Source of the DNA: Candidatus Multivorans sp. | GTDB taxonomy: Bacteria > Acidobacteriota > Thermoanaerobaculia > Multivoradales > Multivoraceae | DNA length: 64,000 nt | Reading direction: 5' to 3' | Assembly: GCA_965247095.1 (NCBI GenBank) | Contig: OZ251997.1 | Location: forward strand, 2,560,001 to 2,624,000 | Shown here: piece by piece, positions 32,140 to 40,720 of the stretch | Layout: every line of letters begins with the position of its first letter | Numbering within the stretch: position 1 is the stretch's first letter | Notes under the pieces: model-generated | What the model saw: only the letters and a program-made list of their open reading frames with translations | Told to the model about the DNA's origin: nothing | Database searches by the model: none | Translations under genes and position numbers: made by a program

Positions 32140-33243
32140 ATGATCCTTACCGAAGAGAAAGTGTCCCGGGCGACCTTCGAGGCTGGCACAGGCTGGCATC
32201 TTACTGCCGAGGGCGCCTGCAAGGGGCCGGTCTGCGCGCCACTCGCCGACGGTGCAATGGCGTCACGGAACCAGGTCGACGGAGTTGCTGTTGCCGAGGC
32301 CATCGGTCTCCCGGTCGTTCACGACGAGGAGCACGGCCTATGGGCCGTGGGGCCCGAGTCGATCGGCTCGCGCGCGTTGGTCTCGGCCGAAGATGCCGAC
32401 TTCGAGCTGCCCGATCTGGACGGGAAGCCCTTTCGACTCTCGAACCTGCGCGGGCGGAAAGTCCTCGTCTACGCCTGGGCGCCCTACTGAGGGTGCTCAG
32501 CCGACCTGCCCGGGTGGCAGGCGCTGCGCGACGAGCTTCATCCGCAAGGGTTCGAACTGGTCACGGTCGGTCTCGACACGTTGGGGGCCGAAGGCTGCCG
32601 CGGGTTCATCGAGGCCGCCGAGCCGAAGCATCCCTCGCTTGTCGATCATCACCACCTGCTGGCCCGGTTCTTCGGCGTGATCAACATCCCCAGCTCGGTG
32701 TGGATCGACGAATCGGGCACCATCGTCAGGCCCGCTGAAGCCGCGCCCGCGCCGCCCCGCGACAAGATGCCCAGCTTCGGCTCGCCTTCCCGGATACCCG
32801 GCCGGTTCGGACAGATGTTGGCCGAGGCGATGAAGATCCCCCATGACACCGAGGCCTACCACGAGGCGCTGCGTGACTGGGTCGACAAGGGTGCCGCGAG
32901 TCGATTCGCGCTCTCCCCGGAAGAAGTGGTTGAACGATCACGACCTCGCAGCGCCGAGGTTGCGCTTGGACACGCGCACTTCGAGCTCGCCTCGTACCTG
33001 GAGAGGGAGAGTCACCACGAAGCGGCGGTCCGCCACTTCCGCGAGGCGCACCGCCTGGTCCCCGACAATTGGGCCTTCCGCCGCCAGGCCTGGTCGCTCG
33101 AAGGCGGTCATGAAGGCCGATTCGCGCGCTTCTGGCAGGGCCCGAGCGAAGCAGACCCCGAGGCCTGGCCCTACGAAGGGGATTGGCTCAGCGATATCCG
33201 CTCGTCGGGTCCCGAGAACTACGTCGACCCCTTCAAGCCCTGA
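32140..33243 (+). CDS. Redoxin/AhpC-TSA family protein, probable selenoprotein (in-frame TGA at 32488)
   Basis: The two ORF-track ORFs share one frame: DFELPDLDG...VYAWAPY-[TGA]-GCSADLPGWQ...NIPSSVWIDE. Hairpin CCTGCC-CGGGT-GGCAGG lies just downstream of the TGA. Confidence 0.75.
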
Positions 33244-33284
33244 CGCCGCCAAACACGTCGCGGACGGGGCTACGATCCGCCACC

Positions 33285-34865
33285 GTGATCCTCGTCCACA
33301 CCGACTCCGAGTTCGCAGGCGCCGTGGAACGCCGGCGCCGTCAGTGGCGCGAACTGAACGGAACGGCCCGCCTCTGGTCCCGGGACGGCTCGCTCTGGAC
33401 CGGTTCCGGCGAGGAGGAGTGGCTTGGCTGGCTCGACCTCGAGCGGCTGAGCCGGACCGCGCTGCTGACGGCTGACGGCGACCGCGTCGAAGCGGCGACA
33501 GCGGCCCTGGCCGATCAACTCGCCGGCCCTCCGTTCCAACGCTGCCTCCTGCTCGGCATGGGCGGCTCGGCGCTCGGCGCCGATCTCCTGTGGGGGGCGT
33601 TGCCGCGGCACGCCTGTGCTCCGTTCATCGTCCTCGACACGACGGACCCGCGCGAGATCGCCGCGGCGCTCGATGGAGTCGAACCCGCGGCGCTGCGGGT
33701 CATCGCCGCCTCCAAGTCGGGCGGCACGATCGAGACCCGGCTGGCGTTCGAGCTCCTGCTCGACCGGTTGGGCTCAGGCGCACCGTCGGCTGCGCTGGCG
33801 ATCACGGATCCGGGCTCGGCGCTGGAGGCACGAGCCCGGGCCGCGGGCGTCAAGGTCGTCTTCGGCCACCCGGACATTGGCGGTCGCTTTTCCGTGCTTT
33901 CCGCGTTCGGGATGGCTCCGGCGGCAGTCGCTGGGATCGATCTCGAGCCGCTGCTCGCGAGCGCACGGGCGATGGCTGCGGCGTGCCGGCGCGGCGGAAC
34001 GGAATCGGGGACGAACCCCGGTGTCGAGTTGGGTTTGCTGCTCGCCGCGGCGCACGACTGCGGCCGCGACAAGCTCTACCTCCATGCGCCTGGGACGGCA
34101 GTGGCGATGGCCGCCTGGGTCGAGCAACTCGTCGCGGAGTCGCTCGGCAAGGGTGAGGTGCTGCTGCTGCCGGTGGATGCGGCCGGCCTGCCGCCGGAAC
34201 CGCATCCCGACCGGCTCGACATCGTGCTCGGAAGCGAGGCCGAACTTCCGGCCGACCTCGGCGGCGAGTTCTTCCGCTGGCAGTTCGGCGTCGCAGTCGC
34301 CGGCGCACTGCTCGGTGTCAACCCCTTCGACCAGCCGGACGTGGAGTCGTCGAAGGTCGTCACGCGGCGTTACGTCGAACGGATGAAGGCCGGCGATGCG
34401 CCGGCGCCCGGCGGCCTCGTCCGCCTGAGCGAGGTCAGCACACTCGGTCTGGCCCAACTCCTGGGCACTCACGTCGCGACGTTCCCGGAGGGCGGCTACG
34501 CCGTCGTCTCGGCTTACCTCGACCGCAACAACCGGAACCGGGAGCTGCTCCAGACCCTGCGCCGGCGCGTCGCCGACGTCACGGGCGGCGCCTCGGTGCT
34601 GGGATTCGGGCCGAGCTTCCTGCACTCGACCGGACAGGCCCACAAGGGCGGTCCGAACCGGGGCCTGTTCCTGCAGATCACCGCCGATCCGCCGGCCGCC
34701 GATATCCCGGTTCCCGGCGAAGGCCTGACCTTCGGCCAGGTCCAGCTCGCCCAGGCCTGGGGCGACTACGAAGTGCTCGTCGAGCGCGATCGTCGCGTGC
34801 TTGCCCTCCACCTCGACGGCGGGGTGGAGGACGGGCTGCAGCGGTTGATCGAAGCGCTCGGCTAA
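33285..34865 (+). CDS. Glucose-6-phosphate isomerase-like (SIS) protein, similar to the PGI half of Tal-Pgi
   Basis: WLGWL, GMGGSALG, SKSGGTIE, IGGRFSVLS, EQLVAESLGK, NPFDQPDVE, HSTGQAHKGG. Confidence 0.8.
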   Translation: MILVHTDSEFAGAVERRRRQWRELNGTARLWSRDGSLWTGSGEEEWLGWLDLERLSRTALLTADGDRVEAATAALADQLAGPPFQRCLLLGMGGSALGADLLWGALPRHACAPFIVLDTTDPREIAAALDGVEPAALRVIAASKSGGTIETRLAFELLLDRLGSGAPSAALAITDPGSALEARARAAGVKVVFGHPDIGGRFSVLSAFGMAPAAVAGIDLEPLLASARAMAAACRRGGTESGTNPGVELGLLLAAAHDCGRDKLYLHAPGTAVAMAAWVEQLVAESLGKGEVLLLPVDAAGLPPEPHPDRLDIVLGSEAELPADLGGEFFRWQFGVAVAGALLGVNPFDQPDVESSKVVTRRYVERMKAGDAPAPGGLVRLSEVSTLGLAQLLGTHVATFPEGGYAVVSAYLDRNNRNRELLQTLRRRVADVTGGASVLGFGPSFLHSTGQAHKGGPNRGLFLQITADPPAADIPVPGEGLTFGQVQLAQAWGDYEVLVERDRRVLALHLDGGVEDGLQRLIEALG

Positions 34866-35117
34866 CTAACGCCGGCCGCGCCGCCCGCCCGGCGGCTTGC
34901 CCGTCAGCTCGTCGAGCCCGACGTCGAACTCGGCAACGATGCGGATCAGCACATCGAGGCTGACCCGGAGTTCGTCCCGCTCGATCCGCGCGAGGTCCGA
35001 CGGTGGAATCCCGACCCGCTCCGCCAGCGCCGGCTGCGTCAGCTTGTTCTTCCGCCGCAACCGCCGGATCCGGTGGCCCATGAGCTGGACTTGCTGGGGC
35101 GTAGCTTCCTGGTTCAT
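34866..35117 (-). CDS. XRE-family HTH transcriptional regulator
   Basis: IRRLRRKNKLTQPALAERVGI...LARIER. Confidence 0.8.
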   Translation of the reverse strand: MNQEATPQQVQLMGHRIRRLRRKNKLTQPALAERVGIPPSDLARIERDELRVSLDVLIRIVAEFDVGLDELTGKPPGGRRGRR

Positions 35118-35164
35118 CGTCGACACCGTTTGAGAGTCCGACAATTGTAGCGGTGTAGGCGGTT

Positions 35165-35872
35165 CTAGGCCGGGATCAGAGCGGCGCCATCTGGCGGCGC
35201 CTCCCCGAGATTGGCAAGGACGGCGTCGATGCCTTCGCCTCTCAGGCCCTGCTTCATTCCCGAATACGCATTGGCGTCGAGTTCGGCCAACTGCGCGGCC
35301 CGCTCGAGGGCGACATCGCGCAGCTCGTCGGCCGCAGCGACCGCGTCCAGGAAACCGGCATCGCGCGCGCCCTCGGCGTCGTACATCCTTGCGGTCAGAG
35401 CGGCCCCGGTCAGGGCGCGTTTGGAGAGCCGCTCCTTGGCCAGCAACCAGGCGAACGGCGGCAGCGTTCTACCGATAGCGACCTCGTTCAGACCGAATCG
35501 GAACTCACCGTCCGCAGCCAGGCGGTGATCGCCGGTGAGCAGACAGAGCGCGCCGAGCGCGATGGCGTGTCCGCTGGCCGCGACGACCAGGGGCTGCGGC
35601 CATCCGTACAGGCGCATCATCAGACGCGCTCCGGCGAGTCCCATGGCGCGGGCCTGCGCCGCGTCTCCACCGCGAGCCACGTTGAGGTCGAACCCGCCCG
35701 AAAACAGGCCGGGCCGGCCGGTCAGTACGACGGCTCTGGCATCGTCTGCGGCACGGTCGAGCATGGCATTGACGGCAGCGATCATGGGCGGTCCGAAGAC
35801 GTTGGCCTTGCCGTCGTCCAGGGTGACCAGGGCCACGTCGCCAACCTGCTCGTAGGTGGTCGGTTCAATCAT
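35165..35872 (-). CDS. Enoyl-CoA hydratase/isomerase (crotonase) family
   Basis: DDGKAN, FSGGFDL, GHAIALG, FGLNEVAIG. Confidence 0.88.
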   Translation of the reverse strand: MIEPTTYEQVGDVALVTLDDGKANVFGPPMIAAVNAMLDRAADDARAVVLTGRPGLFSGGFDLNVARGGDAAQARAMGLAGARLMMRLYGWPQPLVVAASGHAIALGALCLLTGDHRLAADGEFRFGLNEVAIGRTLPPFAWLLAKERLSKRALTGAALTARMYDAEGARDAGFLDAVAAADELRDVALERAAQLAELDANAYSGMKQGLRGEGIDAVLANLGEAPPDGAALIPA

Positions 35873-35918
35873 GAATCAGCTCCCTTGGTGTCTGCCCCTC
35901 GGGTCAGGGGCGCTTCAT

Positions 35919-37082
35919 TCAGTTTGCCACCTTGATCTCGCGGATCTTCTTGAGCGGGACCGCGGTGATCTTCTCCGTCAGCCGGTACTCGAGGTCGCCC
36001 GGGTAGACCACCCACAGATGATCGAGACCGAGGTCCTTGCTGACCGTGTGCATCGACTTGGTCGTCCGGGGGGCATCCGCGCACTTGAACTCGAATCCCC
36101 AGCGCCTGCCGCCGCGGAGCAGCATGAGGTCCAGTTCCGCGCCCCGTTGGGTGCCCCAGAAGCATGCCTGGCGCGCACCGAACGCGATCAGGGTCTGTTC
36201 CAGGGCGAAGCCCTCCCAGCTTGGACCGTAGACGGGGTGGCGGACGAGGTCGTCCATCGATTCCAGCCCCAGCAGGTGGTGGAGAATGCCGGAATCGCGG
36301 AGGTACACCTTGGGCGCCTTGACGACGCGTTTGCCGACGTTCTCGAACCATGGTTGGAGCACCCGGATCATGAACGTCCCGGCCAGCAGGTCGCGGTAGT
36401 GGTTCACCGCGTTGACGCTGACACCCATCGAGCGGCTGAGCGCCGACGCGTTCCAGGTCTGCGAGTGGGCGTGCGCCAGCATGGTCCAGAAGCGGCCTAG
36501 CGCCTCCGGCGACACCCTCGACCCGAGTCCCGGCACATCGCGCTCCAGGAACGTGCGCGCGAACGACTCCATCCACAACATGCAGGCGGCATCCGACTCC
36601 GCCAGGTAGGCCAGTGGGAAGCCGCCGCGCATCCAGAGCCGGTCCTGGTTCTCCGCTCCCACCTCGTCGAGTGAGAAGCCGCTCACGTCGGCGAACGAGA
36701 TGCGCCCAGCCAGGGTCTCGGAAACGCCGCGGATCAGGTCCCAGGAGGCGCTGCCCAGGAGCAGGAAGACGGCTTTCCGCGCAGGGTCGTCGCAGATCGG
36801 ACGGAGAATCTCGAACAACTCGGGTACGCGCTGAACCTCGTCGATCACGATCAGCCCCTCGCCGCTTCGAAGGAGCCGCTCCGGAGTCGCGCGGAACGCC
36901 TCGCGAACCGCAGCCACCTCCAGGTCGTAGACCGTGGAGGGTCCCGTCCACGCCGCCACGATCTGTTGGGCGAGCGTCGTCTTGCCCACCTGCCGAGCCC
37001 CCAGGAGAGCGGTGACCGGTGACTGGGAGAGTCTCCAGAGTGTGGCGTCGAGCAGGCGCTGTCGGGCGGTAGATTGTCGCAT
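35919..37082 (-). CDS. AAA+ ATPase (AAA_14 + DUF4143)
   Basis: GARQVGKTT, IDEVQ, LLGSAS, ETLAGR, RGGFP, KAPKVYLRDSG, ELDL...FEFK. Confidence 0.88.
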   Translation of the reverse strand: MRQSTARQRLLDATLWRLSQSPVTALLGARQVGKTTLAQQIVAAWTGPSTVYDLEVAAVREAFRATPERLLRSGEGLIVIDEVQRVPELFEILRPICDDPARKAVFLLLGSASWDLIRGVSETLAGRISFADVSGFSLDEVGAENQDRLWMRGGFPLAYLAESDAACMLWMESFARTFLERDVPGLGSRVSPEALGRFWTMLAHAHSQTWNASALSRSMGVSVNAVNHYRDLLAGTFMIRVLQPWFENVGKRVVKAPKVYLRDSGILHHLLGLESMDDLVRHPVYGPSWEGFALEQTLIAFGARQACFWGTQRGAELDLMLLRGGRRWGFEFKCADAPRTTKSMHTVSKDLGLDHLWVVYPGDLEYRLTEKITAVPLKKIREIKVAN

Positions 37083-37188
37083 ATTCACCCTCAGAGGTGA
37101 GGTTTACGACAATAAACCGAGTTGGCGGGCTTGTCCAGCGGTGCTCAGGCGGGTGCTTCGGCCTCGTGGAACTCCTTCGCCTTGGGAC

Positions 37189-38640
37189 CTATGTGCGCTT
37201 GAGGACCTTCTCGATGATCTCTCTAGCGGCCCGGCGTGACTCGGCAGACTCCGCGATGGCTTGGAACACCTTCCGATACGTGGCAACGTCCTCGGTTCTG
37301 ACGTTCGTCAGCCGCGGGCGGCCACGCTGTGCCCGGAAGTGGGTGAGCCTGCGCTCGATGCTCTCTGCTCGGTCGAGCAAGCCCGCATCCCACCCGTCTG
37401 TTGTGCGAAGTACGTCTCGAATCCGACCTAGCCGAGTAAGGTCGTGTTCAATCAACCGGCGAGCTACTTCGGCAGTCAGGTACCCAGATCGCGCAAGCTC
37501 GTACGTCTCCTCCGAGTCCGCAATTGCCGCTGCGAACCTGCGCTCGCGCGTTCTCGTTGCTGAGGTGTTTCTGCAGCGCTCCGCCAGTCGGCGGAAGATC
37601 GCTCCCAGGTGGTTCTCCAGATTTCTCGTGTGGGGTCCGGGCTCGAAGTAGTCTCGCCGGCCGTTCGGGACGATCCTGGGGTCCAGAATGTGTATCTCCC
37701 CTACGGCCCACCTATTGAGGCGGTCCTCCTTGAACATATGGTCGAAGACGCCTTCGCCGCCGACTTGGATGTTCCCGCATCGCGCTCTGAGTCCTCTGAT
37801 ACCCGCGCTCTTGGGGATTGCTCCGAGGTAAGACGTGTGGGCAAGCCACCCCGCTGCCGCTCGCTCGCGGCTGTCGATCTTGGGCACGTCGAACACTTCG
37901 AGGGCGCTGAAGGCGTCGCTTCGGCCGGCAGAGAACTCAATGCCCTCGGCATGGGGCCTGGTAACGGCATCGTCGCCGTCGATGGAGACGTTCATCGCGT
38001 ACAGCGCATCTCCAACATACTCTTCGACCATCTCGCGGAAGGGAAAGGCGGTTGAGAGAGGCACTGGACAGACCTCCGCGACGTAGCTGTGAACCCTCTG
38101 CCGGTTCAGGACAGAGCCAGCCGCGTAGCGGGCGACGCCACGGACCTCTACTTCGAAGTACTGGTCGGGCTCTTCGTCGGCATCCAGTTGTTCCACAGTG
38201 ACGAAGTCACCTATTCGCTGTTCCGTGTCGGCTAGGTCGTGGTTCCTCAGACGGAGGGCGTCCCAAGTGACGCGGACAGGAGGCTGGTCCGCGCTGGCCC
38301 TGGTGGTGAAAGCGACTGCCTCTGCGAAAGCCAGACCAGCCAGGCGACCGATTCCGCGAAATCCCCTATTGCTGGCGGCGCGCTTGGTGCTTTGGCCGAC
38401 CGGAATCAACGAGTCGACGGCTTCCTGGAACGTCAGGCCGGGGCCGTAGTCCCGGATGCGGATCTGGGCCTGCCGAGGGTCGAGGTGAATCTCGACTCGG
38501 CCGGATCCTGGACTTCCTGTAGTCGCGTCCGCTGCGTTCTGGAGATACTCGCGGTAGAGCGTCAGCGGATCGTCGTACATCCCCGACGTGACCAGCCGAA
38601 GAAGGCTGTGGCCGAGCGCTGGTTCGTTGGAGCTGCTCAT
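37189..38640 (-). CDS. Hsp90/HtpG-like GHKL ATPase
   Basis: GMYDDPLTLYREYLQNAADA, IRDYGPG, GFRGIGRLAG; later PNGRRDYFE; GGGGAG RBS. Confidence 0.85.
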   Translation of the reverse strand: MSSSNEPALGHSLLRLVTSGMYDDPLTLYREYLQNAADATTGSPGSGRVEIHLDPRQAQIRIRDYGPGLTFQEAVDSLIPVGQSTKRAASNRGFRGIGRLAGLAFAEAVAFTTRASADQPPVRVTWDALRLRNHDLADTEQRIGDFVTVEQLDADEEPDQYFEVEVRGVARYAAGSVLNRQRVHSYVAEVCPVPLSTAFPFREMVEEYVGDALYAMNVSIDGDDAVTRPHAEGIEFSAGRSDAFSALEVFDVPKIDSRERAAAGWLAHTSYLGAIPKSAGIRGLRARCGNIQVGGEGVFDHMFKEDRLNRWAVGEIHILDPRIVPNGRRDYFEPGPHTRNLENHLGAIFRRLAERCRNTSATRTRERRFAAAIADSEETYELARSGYLTAEVARRLIEHDLTRLGRIRDVLRTTDGWDAGLLDRAESIERRLTHFRAQRGRPRLTNVRTEDVATYRKVFQAIAESAESRRAAREIIEKVLKRT

Positions 38641-38749
38641 GCTCTCCCCACTTGGAGACGGCCGTTCAGGTGATGGCTAGGCCGCCGTTGAAGGGCTAGC
38701 CGTTGTACCACAAGCAACGGGCCAGTAGCTGGCAGAGATCGCTTGGAGG

Positions 38750-40390
38750 CTAGCTCGCAGCCAGGACCTTCGTCGCCCGTGAGCGGGTGGCGGCGAGCGC
38801 CTCCTCGTGGCTGAACAGACCGGCGTCCTCCACGAACTCCTCTTCGCTGGGCATGGCCGGATCGGGATTGAGGGACGGGAACAACGGCAGTACCCGGTCC
38901 CGGACAGTCCCGGGAGCATCCTTCGTGTTGAGCGCATGGAAGCGGAGGAGCTGTCGAGTGGTGGCGTCGCGGGCTCGGTCGTTACTGGCGCGCTGACACA
39001 GGGCCCGTAGCTCGCCGTCCCCTCTAGCCTGAGCGAGGAAGGCGATGAACTCCCTTCTCTCCGACTCGGACAGTCGGGCTCGCAGCGTGTCGTACTCGTC
39101 CCGTGCTCCGGACTGCTCGTACTGCTCTCGGTGGAAGATGAGCGCGTGGGGCAACTCCAGTAGCTGCAAGAACTCCTCCTGGTCCCTTCCATAGGCGCGC
39201 TCGAAGAAGCTCGGGTTGCCGCTGACTACGCCACGGGTGGCCTGCAGCATGATCTGGAAGGACCGCAGGTAGTAGCGGTTCCAGCGCCTTCCCACGTGTG
39301 AGCGGTCCTTCAGCGTCACCGGTTGGTAGCGCATCGGGAACGACCAGATGCGAACGCCGAGCTCTTCGTTCAGGCCGATGTTCAGGCGCATCCGCTCGTA
39401 CAGGTCCTCCGGGGAGTCCATGAAGTTGTACAGCATGTAGTTCGACAGCGACGTGATGCCGTTGTCAGCCGCCATCCTCACCGCGGTGGTGTAGATCTTT
39501 CGTAGTCCGATGTGGTCGAAGGCGATCCGGAGGGGGCTGATGCAGATAGTGGCCATCTCGCGCAGGTACATTGGGGACTTGACGAGAATCCTTGCGTCCA
39601 CACCCTGGTTGAAGTCGACGCGGCGCTTCACCGGCCGCTGATCGTTCCGCCTCAGCTTGGCTCCCTGCTCGAAACCGAGGTCGCGAATCTCGGCGATGAC
39701 CTCCTTGTACCGGGCGGACGCAGTGATGTTGTTGTCCATGAGCACGAGGTCCTTCTTGGGCCCGTGTCTCGCGTCTACCCCGTTGACGAGGGCGGCGAGG
39801 GGCGGCATTTCGCGCTGCGCACCCTCAAGTTTCGGGACGCCGCAGAAGGAGCACTTCCGTATGCAGCCCCTTGAGGCATAGCCGAAGTAGGCGTCCCGCA
39901 CCGGATAGGTGTAGTCGAGCTGCTCCAGGATGGAGTAGTCCGGCACCATCTCCTCGATTGGAGGGCCGTCAAGGTCGTCCGCACCGAACTCGAAGTCCTC
40001 CGCGCGAAGCTGAAGGGCTCTTGCCGGCGGGCCGTCCAGCAGTCCCGCGATGAAGCGGACCCCCGCCCACCGTGGCTCCTTGAGGAACTCCTCGTGCATG
40101 AGCGAGGCAGCGATTCCGCCGACGAAGACCCGTTCGGGCTGGTTACCAGCCGATTGAATGGCGAAGTCGATGGTTTCGGCGGTGCGCTTCCACTCGAAGC
40201 TGAAGAGCGTCGTGACGTAGACGCGGTCCCACGGCTCCAGGAAGAGGCCCTTTTCCGACACACCTTTCGCGAGCGTCACCGCGTCGCCACGCTGCCGGTG
40301 GTAAGCCGCGATCTTCATGAGCCCGAGAGGCGGGTACTTGTTGCGGTAGCCCGGCTCCAGGAGAAGCACGCGCTTCGTCGGCTCCGTCAT
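38750..40390 (-). CDS. Radical SAM protein with a B12-binding-like N-terminal domain
   Basis: SRGCIRKCSFC (CxxxCxxC), N-terminal LLLEPGYRNKYPPLGLMKIAAYH, MDNN, VDFNQGVDAR, RIAFDH, YMLYNF. Confidence 0.85.
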   Translation of the reverse strand: MTEPTKRVLLLEPGYRNKYPPLGLMKIAAYHRQRGDAVTLAKGVSEKGLFLEPWDRVYVTTLFSFEWKRTAETIDFAIQSAGNQPERVFVGGIAASLMHEEFLKEPRWAGVRFIAGLLDGPPARALQLRAEDFEFGADDLDGPPIEEMVPDYSILEQLDYTYPVRDAYFGYASRGCIRKCSFCGVPKLEGAQREMPPLAALVNGVDARHGPKKDLVLMDNNITASARYKEVIAEIRDLGFEQGAKLRRNDQRPVKRRVDFNQGVDARILVKSPMYLREMATICISPLRIAFDHIGLRKIYTTAVRMAADNGITSLSNYMLYNFMDSPEDLYERMRLNIGLNEELGVRIWSFPMRYQPVTLKDRSHVGRRWNRYYLRSFQIMLQATRGVVSGNPSFFERAYGRDQEEFLQLLELPHALIFHREQYEQSGARDEYDTLRARLSESERREFIAFLAQARGDGELRALCQRASNDRARDATTRQLLRFHALNTKDAPGTVRDRVLPLFPSLNPDPAMPSEEEFVEDAGLFSHEEALAATRSRATKVLAAS

Positions 40391-40587
40391 TTGGCCAGCA
40401 TCCGGGTCGCGACCTTGCGACTCTTCCCGAACTCGAAGTCCACCATCTTCCTCGTTACCGGGTCATTCTGCAGTCGTCGGACAGCGTGACCCTGCTCCTG
40501 CCACGCGAGGCTGATGCCGAAACCGCTCGAGACGCGCGTTAGCATATCAATGGTGCGCCGCTGGCCTCTCTCGCTCAAGCGCGTCAT
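40387..40587 (-). CDS. Small hypothetical protein (66 aa) coupled to the radical SAM gene
   Basis: MTRLSERGQRRTIDMLTRVSSGFGISLAWQEQ...RMLAK; its TGA overlaps the radical SAM ATG (ATGA). Confidence 0.55.
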   Translation of the reverse strand: MTRLSERGQRRTIDMLTRVSSGFGISLAWQEQGHAVRRLQNDPVTRKMVDFEFGKSRKVATRMLAK

Positions 40588-40720
40588 GGGCCGGTCTGTC
40601 TCGCTCCTCGCCGCGCCAGCGAAGACCGGGCCGCGAGGCCAACTCCAAGATGGTCGAGCTTGTGAGTATTGTCGCATCCAGCTTCGACCTCTGCCTCTCG
40701 CTTGTGGGACACCAGTCCTA

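Noticed and set aside
35919-37082. AAA-DUF4143 ATPase as a fifth member of the DGQHR operon
   Set aside because: It is co-oriented but separated by about 100 bp, has host-like composition and belongs to a family that is often stand-alone. It cannot be excluded without synteny data.
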